NCBI GenBank assembly: GCA_031288595.1
Contig: JAITRB010000008.1
Location: 20,806-52,805 of the forward strand
DNA from: Puniceicoccales bacterium
GTDB lineage: Bacteria; Verrucomicrobiota; Verrucomicrobiia; Opitutales; JAIRLG01
Length of the DNA: 32,000 bases
Direction of reading: 5' to 3'
The notes beneath the pieces were generated by a model. The model did no database searches. It was not told the origin of the DNA and worked only from the letters and a program-made list of their open reading frames with translations. A program made the position numbers and the translations under genes. Shown here in pieces: positions 17,676-24,878 of this stretch. Numbering within the stretch: position 1 is the first letter of the stretch; the number at the start of each line of letters is the position of its first letter.

Positions 17676-17761
17676 TTCGCCGTCTTTGCAGCGCGCCCAC
17701 GGAGTGGGCGCGCTGGGGCCCGCTCCGCGGGCGATTCCTTTTGGAATCCAAAGACGGCGAA
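17676..17761 (+). repeat. Four-way-junction intergenic repeat, copy R6
   Basis: Closing stem TTCGCCGTCTTTG 17676-17688 / CAAAGACGGCGAA 17749-17761. Long arm CAGCGCGCCCAC 17689-17700 / GTGGGCGCGCTG 17704-17715. Arm2 GCCCGC-tcc-GCGGGC 17718-17732. Arm3 GATTCC-tttt-GGAATC 17733-17748. Confidence 0.9.
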
Positions 17762-18154
17762 GGAATACCCGCCGTGAGAATTTTTCATTTTTAGGTTTAA
17801 AGACCCCATGGCCCTGTCCCTAGGGCATTGACCTTTGAAGAATGGCTGGTCTTGTAGACTGTAAAGCATCCATCAGCACTTGCCTTTGCCAGAACATCCG
17901 CTGGGTTCTGGTAAAGAGATGGTTGTTAAAAATTTTCCCTTTTACCGCTTTGGGAAGGGCTGGAGGCCTATGGCTGTATCCTGCAGATGAGACTGGTTCG
18001 TAGAGAAGTATTAAAATGGATTTTTCGGGCACAAGTCCTCTAGGCGGATATAGGGACGGGTAAACCTCCCTCTTAGTGCAGAATCTTTCTCCTGCGGAAC
18101 GAAGGGCGATCCTTATCTTTACTCGGTGGGAGGCCATTTCTCGGCTCATCACCG

Positions 18155-18247
18155 GTGCGCCGCCTTGAAGCCCTATGGGCTTCTGTCCGCTACGCGGACA
18201 GCGTGGACAGCCGTGGCCCCCCACGGCTGTCCACGCAGGCGGCGCAC
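18155..18247 (-). repeat. Four-way-junction intergenic repeat, copy R7 (inverted orientation; same architecture, unrelated closing-stem sequence)
   Basis: Closing stem GTGCGCCGCCT 18155-18165 / AGGCGGCGCAC 18237-18247. Arm3 GAAGCCC-tat-GGGCTTC 18167-18183. Arm2 TGTCCGC-tac-GCGGACA 18184-18200. Long arm GCGTGGACAGCCGTGG 18201-18216 / CCACGGCTGTCCACGC 18221-18236 (16 bp, perfect). Confidence 0.8.
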
Positions 18248-18322
18248 AAAAGAGACGAACACCTCCCTATCTCCATCTTCAGGAGTCTATCAAGGGAGAT
18301 AAGGAGGAAGATAGCGAGACCC

Positions 18323-18574
18323 TTAAGGCCTTCTTCGGCGCTGGAACTTACTCTGGAATTTCTCGACACGACCAGCGGTGTCGACGAGGCGCTTCTCGCC
18401 GGTGTAAGCGGGATGAGAATCGGAGCTCACGTCGCGGTGGATGAGTTCATACTCCACTCCATCGATCAGCTCCTTGTTCCTGGAACGCAGGGTCGAAATC
18501 GTCAGAAAGCGCCGGCCGGTGGAGATGTCGCAAAAACATACCGGTCTGGCATCAGGGTGGATCTCCTTTTTCAT
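18323..18574 (-). CDS. rpmE2: 50S ribosomal protein L31, type B (Zn-ribbon-less, YkgM-like)
   Basis: This is the internal part of ORF-track entry 18323..18772, with the ATG at 18574-18572. The sequence is MKKEIHPDARPVCFCDISTGRRFLTISTLRSRNKELIDGVEYELIHRDVSSDSHPAYTGEKRLVDTAGRVEKFQSKF. DVSSDSHPAYTG replaces the second CxxC of type A L31, as in E. coli YkgM (DVSSKSHPFYTG). Confidence 0.9.
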   Translation of the reverse strand: MKKEIHPDARPVCFCDISTGRRFLTISTLRSRNKELIDGVEYELIHRDVSSDSHPAYTGEKRLVDTAGRVEKFQSKFQRRRRP

Positions 18575-18591
18575 GGCGATGACAATTTTTC

Positions 18592-18717
18592 TTAACCCTG
18601 GCGAGCCTTGAAGCGCGGATGGCTCTTGCAGATCACGTAAATCCGCCCCTTGCGCCGCACGACCTGGCAGTCCGCATGGCGACTCTTCAAGGACTTTAAA
18701 GATGACACGACCTTCAT
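18592..18717 (-). CDS. rpmJ2: 50S ribosomal protein L36, C-minus (YkgO-like) form; 41 codons, below the ORF-track size cutoff
   Basis: Manual translation of the minus strand from ATG 18717-18715 to TAA 18594-18592 gives [41 protein letters not shown]. This closely resembles E. coli YkgO ([41 protein letters not shown]...). GGAG lies upstream (GGTGGAGATATTATG). It sits 17 nt upstream of the L31 gene on the same strand. Confidence 0.88.
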   Translation of the reverse strand: MKVVSSLKSLKSRHADCQVVRRKGRIYVICKSHPRFKARQG

Positions 18718-18892
18718 AATATCTCCACCATTGGTAGGGAAAAAAATCTTCGCAGGGCCTCCCGCCAATCAATGTGGAATCTAGGTGTTCAACGAAGGGC
18801 TTCTGCCTCCGGCGTCAAGTTTTTTTCTCTCTCCATGCCGCTACAATTTTACCCGATATATCTTCAGGGCAATAGCTCGGAGCCTCGAATTT

Positions 18893-18906
18893 CGAAATGC
18901 ATTTCG
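18893..18906. promoter_or_regulatory. Perfect 14-bp palindrome CGAAATGCATTTCG in the rpmJ2/alaS divergent region; candidate operator, regulator unknown
   Basis: The sequence equals its own reverse complement. It ends 13 nt upstream of the predicted alaS -35 box and lies about 176 nt upstream of the L36 start on the other strand. Confidence 0.35.
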
Positions 18907-18919
18907 TTCCATTCGGGGA

Positions 18920-18948
18920 TTGAAAAGTGAAGCTCCGAGGTGCATAAT
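18920..18948 (+). promoter_or_regulatory. Sigma-70-type promoter candidate for alaS (-35 TTGAAA, 17-nt spacer, -10 CATAAT)
   Basis: TTGAAA at 18920-18925, spacer 18926-18942 (17 nt), CATAAT at 18943-18948. The alaS ATG is at 18963, which implies a very short leader (under ~10 nt) with no Shine-Dalgarno sequence. Confidence 0.5.
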
Positions 18949-18962
18949 GCTGGAAACAGACT

Positions 18963-21812
18963 ATGGAATCCGCTGAAATCCGCCGCAGTTTTCTAGATTT
19001 TTTCGCCGCGAAAGAGCACAAAATCATCCCCTCGGCGTCGCTCTGGCCGGCCGTTCCCGACCTGCTCTTCACCAATGCCGGCATGAATCCCTTCGTGCCT
19101 TACTTTCTCGGCCAGCAGCCGAGTCCCTATCTCCGCATCGCCGATACCCAGAAATGCATCCGCGCGGGCGGGAAGCACAATGACCTGGAGGACGTGGGCT
19201 TTGACGGCCATCACCATACCTTTTTCGAAATGCTGGGCAACTGGTCATTCGGCAACTATTTTAAGGAAGAGGCCATTCGTTGGGCCTGGGAACTGCTCGT
19301 GAGACATTGGCGCTTCCCCAAGGAACGTCTCTACGCGACGGTCTACGGGCCCAAAGAGGGAGAACCTGCGGATTTCGACGCTGAATCCCACAGCATCTGG
19401 ACGAAGCTCTTTCGGGAAGAGGGTCTCGACGCCGACGAACACATCCTGTGCTTCGGGGCGAAGGAGAATTTCTGGAGCATGGGCGAGACGGGACCCTGCG
19501 GGCCGTGCTCTGAAATCCACATCGACCTCACACAGGAAGGACTCACGAAGGGTCGGCTTGTCAACCGAGGCGACCCGCGCTGCATCGAGATTTGGAATCT
19601 GGTCTTCATGCAGTTCAATCGCTCGAAGGACGGGAGCCTGGGTGCATTGCCCCAAAAATGCGTCGATACGGGCATAGGGCTGGAACGTGTCGCGGGAATT
19701 TTTGCCTCCACCGAGAACTTCACGCGCTTCGACCGAATACCTTCCAATTACGACAGCGACCTATTTCAGGACATTTTCCAGAAGCTCTACGAACTTTCGG
19801 GCCGGACCTACGGCGGGCGTTTCGCCCCCAGTCGTCAAACCCAGCTCAGCCAGGAAGAACTCCACGATTTCGCCTTTCGTGTGCTGGCCGACCACCTTCG
19901 TGCCCTGTGCTTCGCCATCGCCGATGGCATTTTCCCGAGCAACGAGGGAAGGGGCTATGTCCTGCGCCGCATCCTGAGACGGGCGGTTTTTTTCGGCAAA
20001 AAGCTTCAGTTGCCGGGAAATTTTCTCGTGACTCTCATCCCTTGTCTGAGCCAAAAGATGGGAACTGTTTTCCTGGAATTGAGAGAGCGAACAGGCGTTA
20101 TTTCCAGCTTCATAGGGGCTGAGGAGGCCCGTTTCGAAGAGACGCTCGAGCGCGGCCTGGCGCTTTTCGAGGACTGCTGCCGGCGGGCAAGCGAGGGCAT
20201 TTTGTCCGGCGAAGAGGCGTTCAAGCTCTACGACACCTATGGATTTCCCCTCGACCTCACCCTGCTCTGGGCTGAAGGCAAGGGTTTAAGGGTCGACATA
20301 GCCGGCTTTGAGGAGAGGATGGAGGAGCAGCGCGCGCGCGCACGACAAGGGCAGTCCCCTCTTCTCTCTCCAGAGCTATCCCGTGATTCGTCTAAACAGG
20401 GTTACGCTCCAAAATCCCCCAAAGCGACTGTTTTTTGCGGCTATGAGCACAATCCGATAGAGCTCAGTACAGAAGCGCAGATTGTCGGTGTATTTTCAGA
20501 AGATGGAGCCATAAAATTCCTCATTTTCGACCAGACTCCCTTTTATGCCGAGACGGGAGGACAGGTAGGCGATACAGGTTTTCTGTCTTTCATCGAAGAA
20601 GGAACAGGTAGGTTTCAAGGCAAGAAATGGAGAATTGTCAAGACAGTGCGCGGCGAACGGGGATGGATTGAACACCATTTCGACGAAGCAGAGAGGATTC
20701 CCCTCGAAGAGAAGGAATCTTTGCCGACAAAAGTCAGATTAGAAGTCGACCTGCCGAGGCGTCTGGCCATCGAACGGCATCACACGGCGACCCATCTCCT
20801 GCAGGCGGCATTGAGGAAGATTTTAGGAAAGCACGTTCAGCAGGCGGGCTGTTTTGTGGGAGATCAGAAATTGCGCTTCGATTTCACCCACTTCGGGGCC
20901 ATTCCTCCAGAAACTCTTGAAGCCATCGAGGAACAGGTTCAGAACTGGATCTTTTCCAATCAAAAGGTTCATAGCTACGAAACGTATTTCGACAGGATAC
21001 CCGAAGGCTGTATTGCCTTTTTTCGCGATAGCTATGGTGAAAAGGTGCGCGTCGTCGACATCGCAGGCCTCTCGACCGAGCTCTGCGCTGGTTGCCATGT
21101 GCGGGCGTTGGGCGAAATCGGCATGTTCAAAATTTTGAGTGAATCCGCCATTTCCTCCGGTGTGCGGCGCATCGAAGCCATTGCCGGGAACATCGCCTGG
21201 CAGCGGGCCAAAAATCGGGACAGGGTATTGGAGGAGCTAAGGCGAAGGCTGTCCGTCGACAGAGAGGAGAGCATTTCGGAAAAGGTCGATCAGCTAAGCG
21301 AAGAGAAACACCTCCTGGAAGCGGAATATGCAACCTATCGCCTCAACAGCACCGTGCAAATGCTGTATTCGAGGAGAAAGTCCTACTCGCAAGGAGAACT
21401 CATCTGCGCAGCGCTTGATACCCCTATGGGGCAAAGTGCCAATGAGTGCACGGCGGCCCTGTTGAACCCCTCCTTGTCCGGATTGCCTCTATTGAAAAAT
21501 GGCCTCATCTTCCTGCTGTATCCCGTTTCTGAGCAGCGCGATGCCCCTTGGAACCTGACCCTGCATCTCGCTCCCACTTGGGTCTCGAAGGATTTTGCGC
21601 CCAAGCTCTGTCTGGAGAAAGTCGAGAAATCCATCGTAGCCCATCTGAGAGAGAGGGAAGCCCTAGGAGTGGATTTTAAGGAATGGTGCACGGCTAAGGG
21701 AAAGGATTGCGCCTCCGGAGGCACGCTGCCGATCCCAGAAAAGTGGATAGAGCAGGTCGAAGAGCACTGCAAGCAGCAGATTATCGAACTCTTCGGCCTT
21801 AAAGAGGCTTAA
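18963..21812 (+). CDS. alaS: Alanyl-tRNA synthetase (949 aa)
   Basis: ORF track. FTNAGMNPF and HHTFFEMLGNWSFGNYFK are class II AlaRS core motifs. HHTATHLL and ELCAGCHV are the editing-domain metal-site motifs. Confidence 0.96.
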   Translation: MESAEIRRSFLDFFAAKEHKIIPSASLWPAVPDLLFTNAGMNPFVPYFLGQQPSPYLRIADTQKCIRAGGKHNDLEDVGFDGHHHTFFEMLGNWSFGNYFKEEAIRWAWELLVRHWRFPKERLYATVYGPKEGEPADFDAESHSIWTKLFREEGLDADEHILCFGAKENFWSMGETGPCGPCSEIHIDLTQEGLTKGRLVNRGDPRCIEIWNLVFMQFNRSKDGSLGALPQKCVDTGIGLERVAGIFASTENFTRFDRIPSNYDSDLFQDIFQKLYELSGRTYGGRFAPSRQTQLSQEELHDFAFRVLADHLRALCFAIADGIFPSNEGRGYVLRRILRRAVFFGKKLQLPGNFLVTLIPCLSQKMGTVFLELRERTGVISSFIGAEEARFEETLERGLALFEDCCRRASEGILSGEEAFKLYDTYGFPLDLTLLWAEGKGLRVDIAGFEERMEEQRARARQGQSPLLSPELSRDSSKQGYAPKSPKATVFCGYEHNPIELSTEAQIVGVFSEDGAIKFLIFDQTPFYAETGGQVGDTGFLSFIEEGTGRFQGKKWRIVKTVRGERGWIEHHFDEAERIPLEEKESLPTKVRLEVDLPRRLAIERHHTATHLLQAALRKILGKHVQQAGCFVGDQKLRFDFTHFGAIPPETLEAIEEQVQNWIFSNQKVHSYETYFDRIPEGCIAFFRDSYGEKVRVVDIAGLSTELCAGCHVRALGEIGMFKILSESAISSGVRRIEAIAGNIAWQRAKNRDRVLEELRRRLSVDREESISEKVDQLSEEKHLLEAEYATYRLNSTVQMLYSRRKSYSQGELICAALDTPMGQSANECTAALLNPSLSGLPLLKNGLIFLLYPVSEQRDAPWNLTLHLAPTWVSKDFAPKLCLEKVEKSIVAHLREREALGVDFKEWCTAKGKDCASGGTLPIPEKWIEQVEEHCKQQIIELFGLKEA

Positions 21813-21817
21813 CGCAT

Positions 21818-22981
21818 TCATTCCAGCAGCGCCAGGATCTCGGCCCCGATGGCGTCGCAGCGCAGGAGACCTTCGAGGGTGAGGGAATAGTGGGATGATG
21901 ACGAGGGGAACATGTAGCCAGCATCGATTAGCTTTTGAAAAAAAGATTCCAGTGTGGCCAGAACAGCAGTCCCGATGAGCGGGTAGCGCCTTTGCAGGAG
22001 ACCGAGGTCGATCCCCTCTTTCATGCGCAGGCCGAAGATGCAGCTGTCGGTAAAGAGGATTCGCTCGTCGAGGATTTTCTCCAACGTGAAGGAGGGGATT
22101 CCATCCTGCAGGGCCTGGGCCCAGCGCTGGAGGGAAGGGTACTGTGTGTAGCGCTTACGGCCGTACTGCGAGCTTGCAGAGGGACCGAGCCCGATCCATT
22201 CCGCCATCAGCCAGGTGTGGAGATTGTGCCGCGATTCGTGGCCCGAGAGGCAGAAGTTGGAAACCTCGTACTGCCGGTAACCGGCGGATTCCAAGAATTC
22301 CACCGTCAACCGATAGAAGTCCCGTTCCCACTCGAGCGCAGCTTCCGTCAGAGGGACGATGGAATGGTTCATCTTCGCGTCGCCTTCCAGGCTTAAGTTG
22401 TAGGTGGAAATATGCTCTGGACGGAGCTGAATGGCTGCTTTCAGGTCCTCTTCCCATTCCGCCAGCAGCTGGTCCGGAATCGCGAAAATGAGGTCCAATC
22501 CCAAGTTATCAAAGCCGCAGTGGCGCATTGTATCGTAGGCCGTGAAGACCTGTTCTGGATTCTGCCGCCGGCCGAGCCGCTGCAGGGTTTTGGGAGAAAA
22601 ACTCTGCACGCCCATCGAGAGCCGGTTCACGCCCAGGTTCTGCAGGGCGAGCAATTTCTCCACTCTAACCGTATTCGGGGCCAATTCGACCGTCCATTCC
22701 ACCGGGGGACTATAGAGAGGCAGGCTCTGAATCGCATTCCCGATGAGAAGGATGTCATTTGAAGTGAGAACTCCTGGCGTGCCACCTCCCCAGTAAATCG
22801 TGTCCGGCGAACGCGTCATGGCCAGGCTTTCCAGCGAACGGCGGATTCCCCAGAGGTAGAGCTCGATGACCGAACGGCGGGGTTCCTCCTGATAGAAGGC
22901 ACAGTAATCGCAGCGGTGGGCGCAGAATGGGACATGCAGATACAGTCCCAGCGGTGTTCTTCCGACAGCTTGTGCTTGCAT
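21818..22981 (-). CDS. hemW: Radical SAM family heme chaperone HemW / oxygen-independent coproporphyrinogen-III oxidase-like protein
   Basis: ORF track. LYLHVPFCAHRCDYCAFY carries the CxxxCxxC radical SAM cluster motif, and the ~387 aa length is typical of HemW/HemN-like proteins. Confidence 0.88.
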   Translation of the reverse strand: MQAQAVGRTPLGLYLHVPFCAHRCDYCAFYQEEPRRSVIELYLWGIRRSLESLAMTRSPDTIYWGGGTPGVLTSNDILLIGNAIQSLPLYSPPVEWTVELAPNTVRVEKLLALQNLGVNRLSMGVQSFSPKTLQRLGRRQNPEQVFTAYDTMRHCGFDNLGLDLIFAIPDQLLAEWEEDLKAAIQLRPEHISTYNLSLEGDAKMNHSIVPLTEAALEWERDFYRLTVEFLESAGYRQYEVSNFCLSGHESRHNLHTWLMAEWIGLGPSASSQYGRKRYTQYPSLQRWAQALQDGIPSFTLEKILDERILFTDSCIFGLRMKEGIDLGLLQRRYPLIGTAVLATLESFFQKLIDAGYMFPSSSSHYSLTLEGLLRCDAIGAEILALLE

Positions 22982-23025
22982 GATACGCTGAAAGCCTTTA
23001 GCCTGAAGCCGGATTTGACATTTTT

Positions 23026-24048
23026 ATGAAGAATCGCTTCCTCAAGCTCTCCTGTCTGTCGACACTATTGCTACTGTCGGCTTGCCGGACGACAATCGAT
23101 AACCTGACACCTGCTCGTCTGCCGCAGAATTCCTCTCACGTCTACACCATGACGATGGCAGTTCACGTGCCAAGTCGCAAAATCATTCCCCAGAGTCTGC
23201 GCCCCTTCATCGTCATCGATGGGAAGCGACAACCTATGAAACGGAGCGAACTTGGGAAGAACATCTTCGTCTGCGACTACCGCTTCCCGGCCTGGCGTGA
23301 CCGAGCCCATTATTACTATGAGCTGGAATACGATATTCCCTCTGTTTGGGAGCTGCTGACCAGGACGAAACGTTCCCGGCTCTACGAGTTTCAGATTTCG
23401 AACCGCTGCCTCTTGTCCCTCGATGCCTATCGTGGTATTTCGGGGAACAAGGTCGCGGTCCTGGGCCGTGGTTTTCGCAGTGATGACCGCGTCGTCTTCG
23501 ATGACAGGCTGGCGACAACACGGGTTCCCAATGACCACATGATGGAGTTTATCGTCCCGCCGGTAGAGGCCGACAGAAATTACCGTTTGACGCTGCAGGG
23601 AAGCGGAGGCTCTCTAAACCTGGGCGATTTCTTCGTCGACCCCGCGCCGATCTACGCCTCGCCGGAGACCCTGCAGCTGTCCGGTTCCGAACGGCAGGAT
23701 ATTGCTTTCAGAGTGGATCATCCGGTGCCTTCCAGCGGCCTATACCTGAACGTAACGACGGATATCCCAGAGGACATCGTGATGCCAGAGGTCGCGATTC
23801 CCGGGGGACAATGCTCAGTGAACACCCAAATCTCAGGCATGGGCTACCAGGCCAAAGGCTCTCTCTTCATTGCGGCTCCTGGGTATCAGCTGCTCGTCAT
23901 TCCGGTAAACGTAGAAGGTAGGGCAAAGGAAACACCGGCCATCCCCGCAGCCAGCGCCTTTGCGCCTTTTCCAGAAGAAGCGACCCCACAAGCCTCTTCC
24001 ATCGATATCGACCACCGCAGCGATGAAGATGTGATTGTCATCGAGTGA
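23026..24048 (+). CDS. Hypothetical lipoprotein with a probable IPT/TIG-like beta-sandwich segment and an acidic C-terminal tail
   Basis: ORF track. The signal peptide carries a lipobox (MKNRFLKLSCLSTLLLLSAC). The middle segment GNKVAVLGRGFRSDDRVVFDDRLATTRVPNDHMMEFIVPPVEADRNYRLTLQGSGG resembles IPT/TIG repeats. No other family was recognised. Confidence 0.6.
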   Translation: MKNRFLKLSCLSTLLLLSACRTTIDNLTPARLPQNSSHVYTMTMAVHVPSRKIIPQSLRPFIVIDGKRQPMKRSELGKNIFVCDYRFPAWRDRAHYYYELEYDIPSVWELLTRTKRSRLYEFQISNRCLLSLDAYRGISGNKVAVLGRGFRSDDRVVFDDRLATTRVPNDHMMEFIVPPVEADRNYRLTLQGSGGSLNLGDFFVDPAPIYASPETLQLSGSERQDIAFRVDHPVPSSGLYLNVTTDIPEDIVMPEVAIPGGQCSVNTQISGMGYQAKGSLFIAAPGYQLLVIPVNVEGRAKETPAIPAASAFAPFPEEATPQASSIDIDHRSDEDVIVIE

Positions 24049-24115
24049 AAAATTCCTAAGCTTCGGTGAAGTCCGCTCCCTCGCGGACGTTTTGGGAGGG
24101 ATATTGGGGAGAGAT

Positions 24116-24772
24116 ATGCGGAAAGGGAGATTTTTCTCCGATTCGTCAAAGGCGCGCTCTGCGATTTCGGGAATGACGTTGATCGAGATGCTGACGGTCA
24201 TCTCCATCATGCTGCTCTTGCTGATGATCATCGTACCTTCCGTGGACTCGGCTCGTATCTCGGTGTTACAGAAGCAGGGACAGATGCAGTTCCAGCGATT
24301 CATCCATGCCCTGCGCGACTATTACGCGGAATACCAAGCCTACCCGCCCTTCATCAACACGGATGAAAGAGATTCCAGTCCATTCGGCTTATGTAGTCTC
24401 CATGGAGACAATAGCCAGAACTTCATCCGCGCCCTGACGGGAAAGGAACCTGGAGGGGCAGATCTCTCTGCCGCCAATTTGCACCTCAATCCCAAGCGCC
24501 TCGCATTTCTAGAAATTGTCCCCGAGGACTTGTTCAGAAAAACGACAGGGGATAGGGATGAGAACCAAATTGCAGATGTCTTCAATAATACGCAGATCTT
24601 CATCCTCGCGGAAAACCCTTCCGACCAGGACAGGCGCATCCCACAAGCTCTTTTCACCGGTACTCATGCCCCGATTCAGGCCTATGTGCCGGCAACGGGG
24701 CTGCTGAGTGACTTGGCAATTTGGTCTATCGACCCCAACGACTCGCGGAAAAACCTGAGGTCCTGGAAATAG
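24116..24772 (+). CDS. Prepilin-type N-terminal cleavage/methylation domain protein (pseudopilin-like)
   Basis: ORF track 24035..24772. The start was trimmed to ATG 24116, which is preceded by GGGAGGGATATTGGGGAGAGAT. The class III signal is SG|MTLIEMLTVISIMLLLLMIIVP, with Glu at +5. Confidence 0.75.
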   Translation: MRKGRFFSDSSKARSAISGMTLIEMLTVISIMLLLLMIIVPSVDSARISVLQKQGQMQFQRFIHALRDYYAEYQAYPPFINTDERDSSPFGLCSLHGDNSQNFIRALTGKEPGGADLSAANLHLNPKRLAFLEIVPEDLFRKTTGDRDENQIADVFNNTQIFILAENPSDQDRRIPQALFTGTHAPIQAYVPATGLLSDLAIWSIDPNDSRKNLRSWK

Positions 24773-24853
24773 AAGGATCTTAGCTTCATTTTCGCCGGAA
24801 TGATTTTCCCCAAGATAGTGCTGGGACCTGCGTGGGAAAATGTCGTCAAGGGG

Positions 24854-24878
24854 AAGGCCTCACGGGGCCTTTTCTCTT
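24854..24878 (+). terminator. Weak candidate rho-independent terminator for the pseudopilin-like gene (overlaps the malQ 3' end)
   Basis: AAGGCC-tcacgg-GGCCTT (24854-24871) followed by the T-rich TTCTCTT. The stem is only 6 bp. Confidence 0.25.

Noticed and set aside
17820-18224. 134-aa minus-strand ORF in the permease/L31 spacer as a real gene.
   Set aside because: Its N-terminus is a translation of repeat R7. The remainder is basic and motif-free with no Shine-Dalgarno sequence. It is kept only as part of the unexplained-spacer finding.
18718-18892. A Zur box immediately upstream of the L36/L31 operon.
   Set aside because: I found no convincing AT-rich palindrome within about 170 nt of the L36 start. 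The only clean palindrome (18893-18906) is closer to alaS. Zinc regulation therefore remains an inference from paralog type only.
20331-20344. A (GC)n run inside alaS as a Z-DNA or slippage element.
   Set aside because: It is short and simply encodes the conserved Arg-Ala-Arg-Ala segment (EEQRARARQ) of AlaRS. There is no evidence of any function beyond coding.
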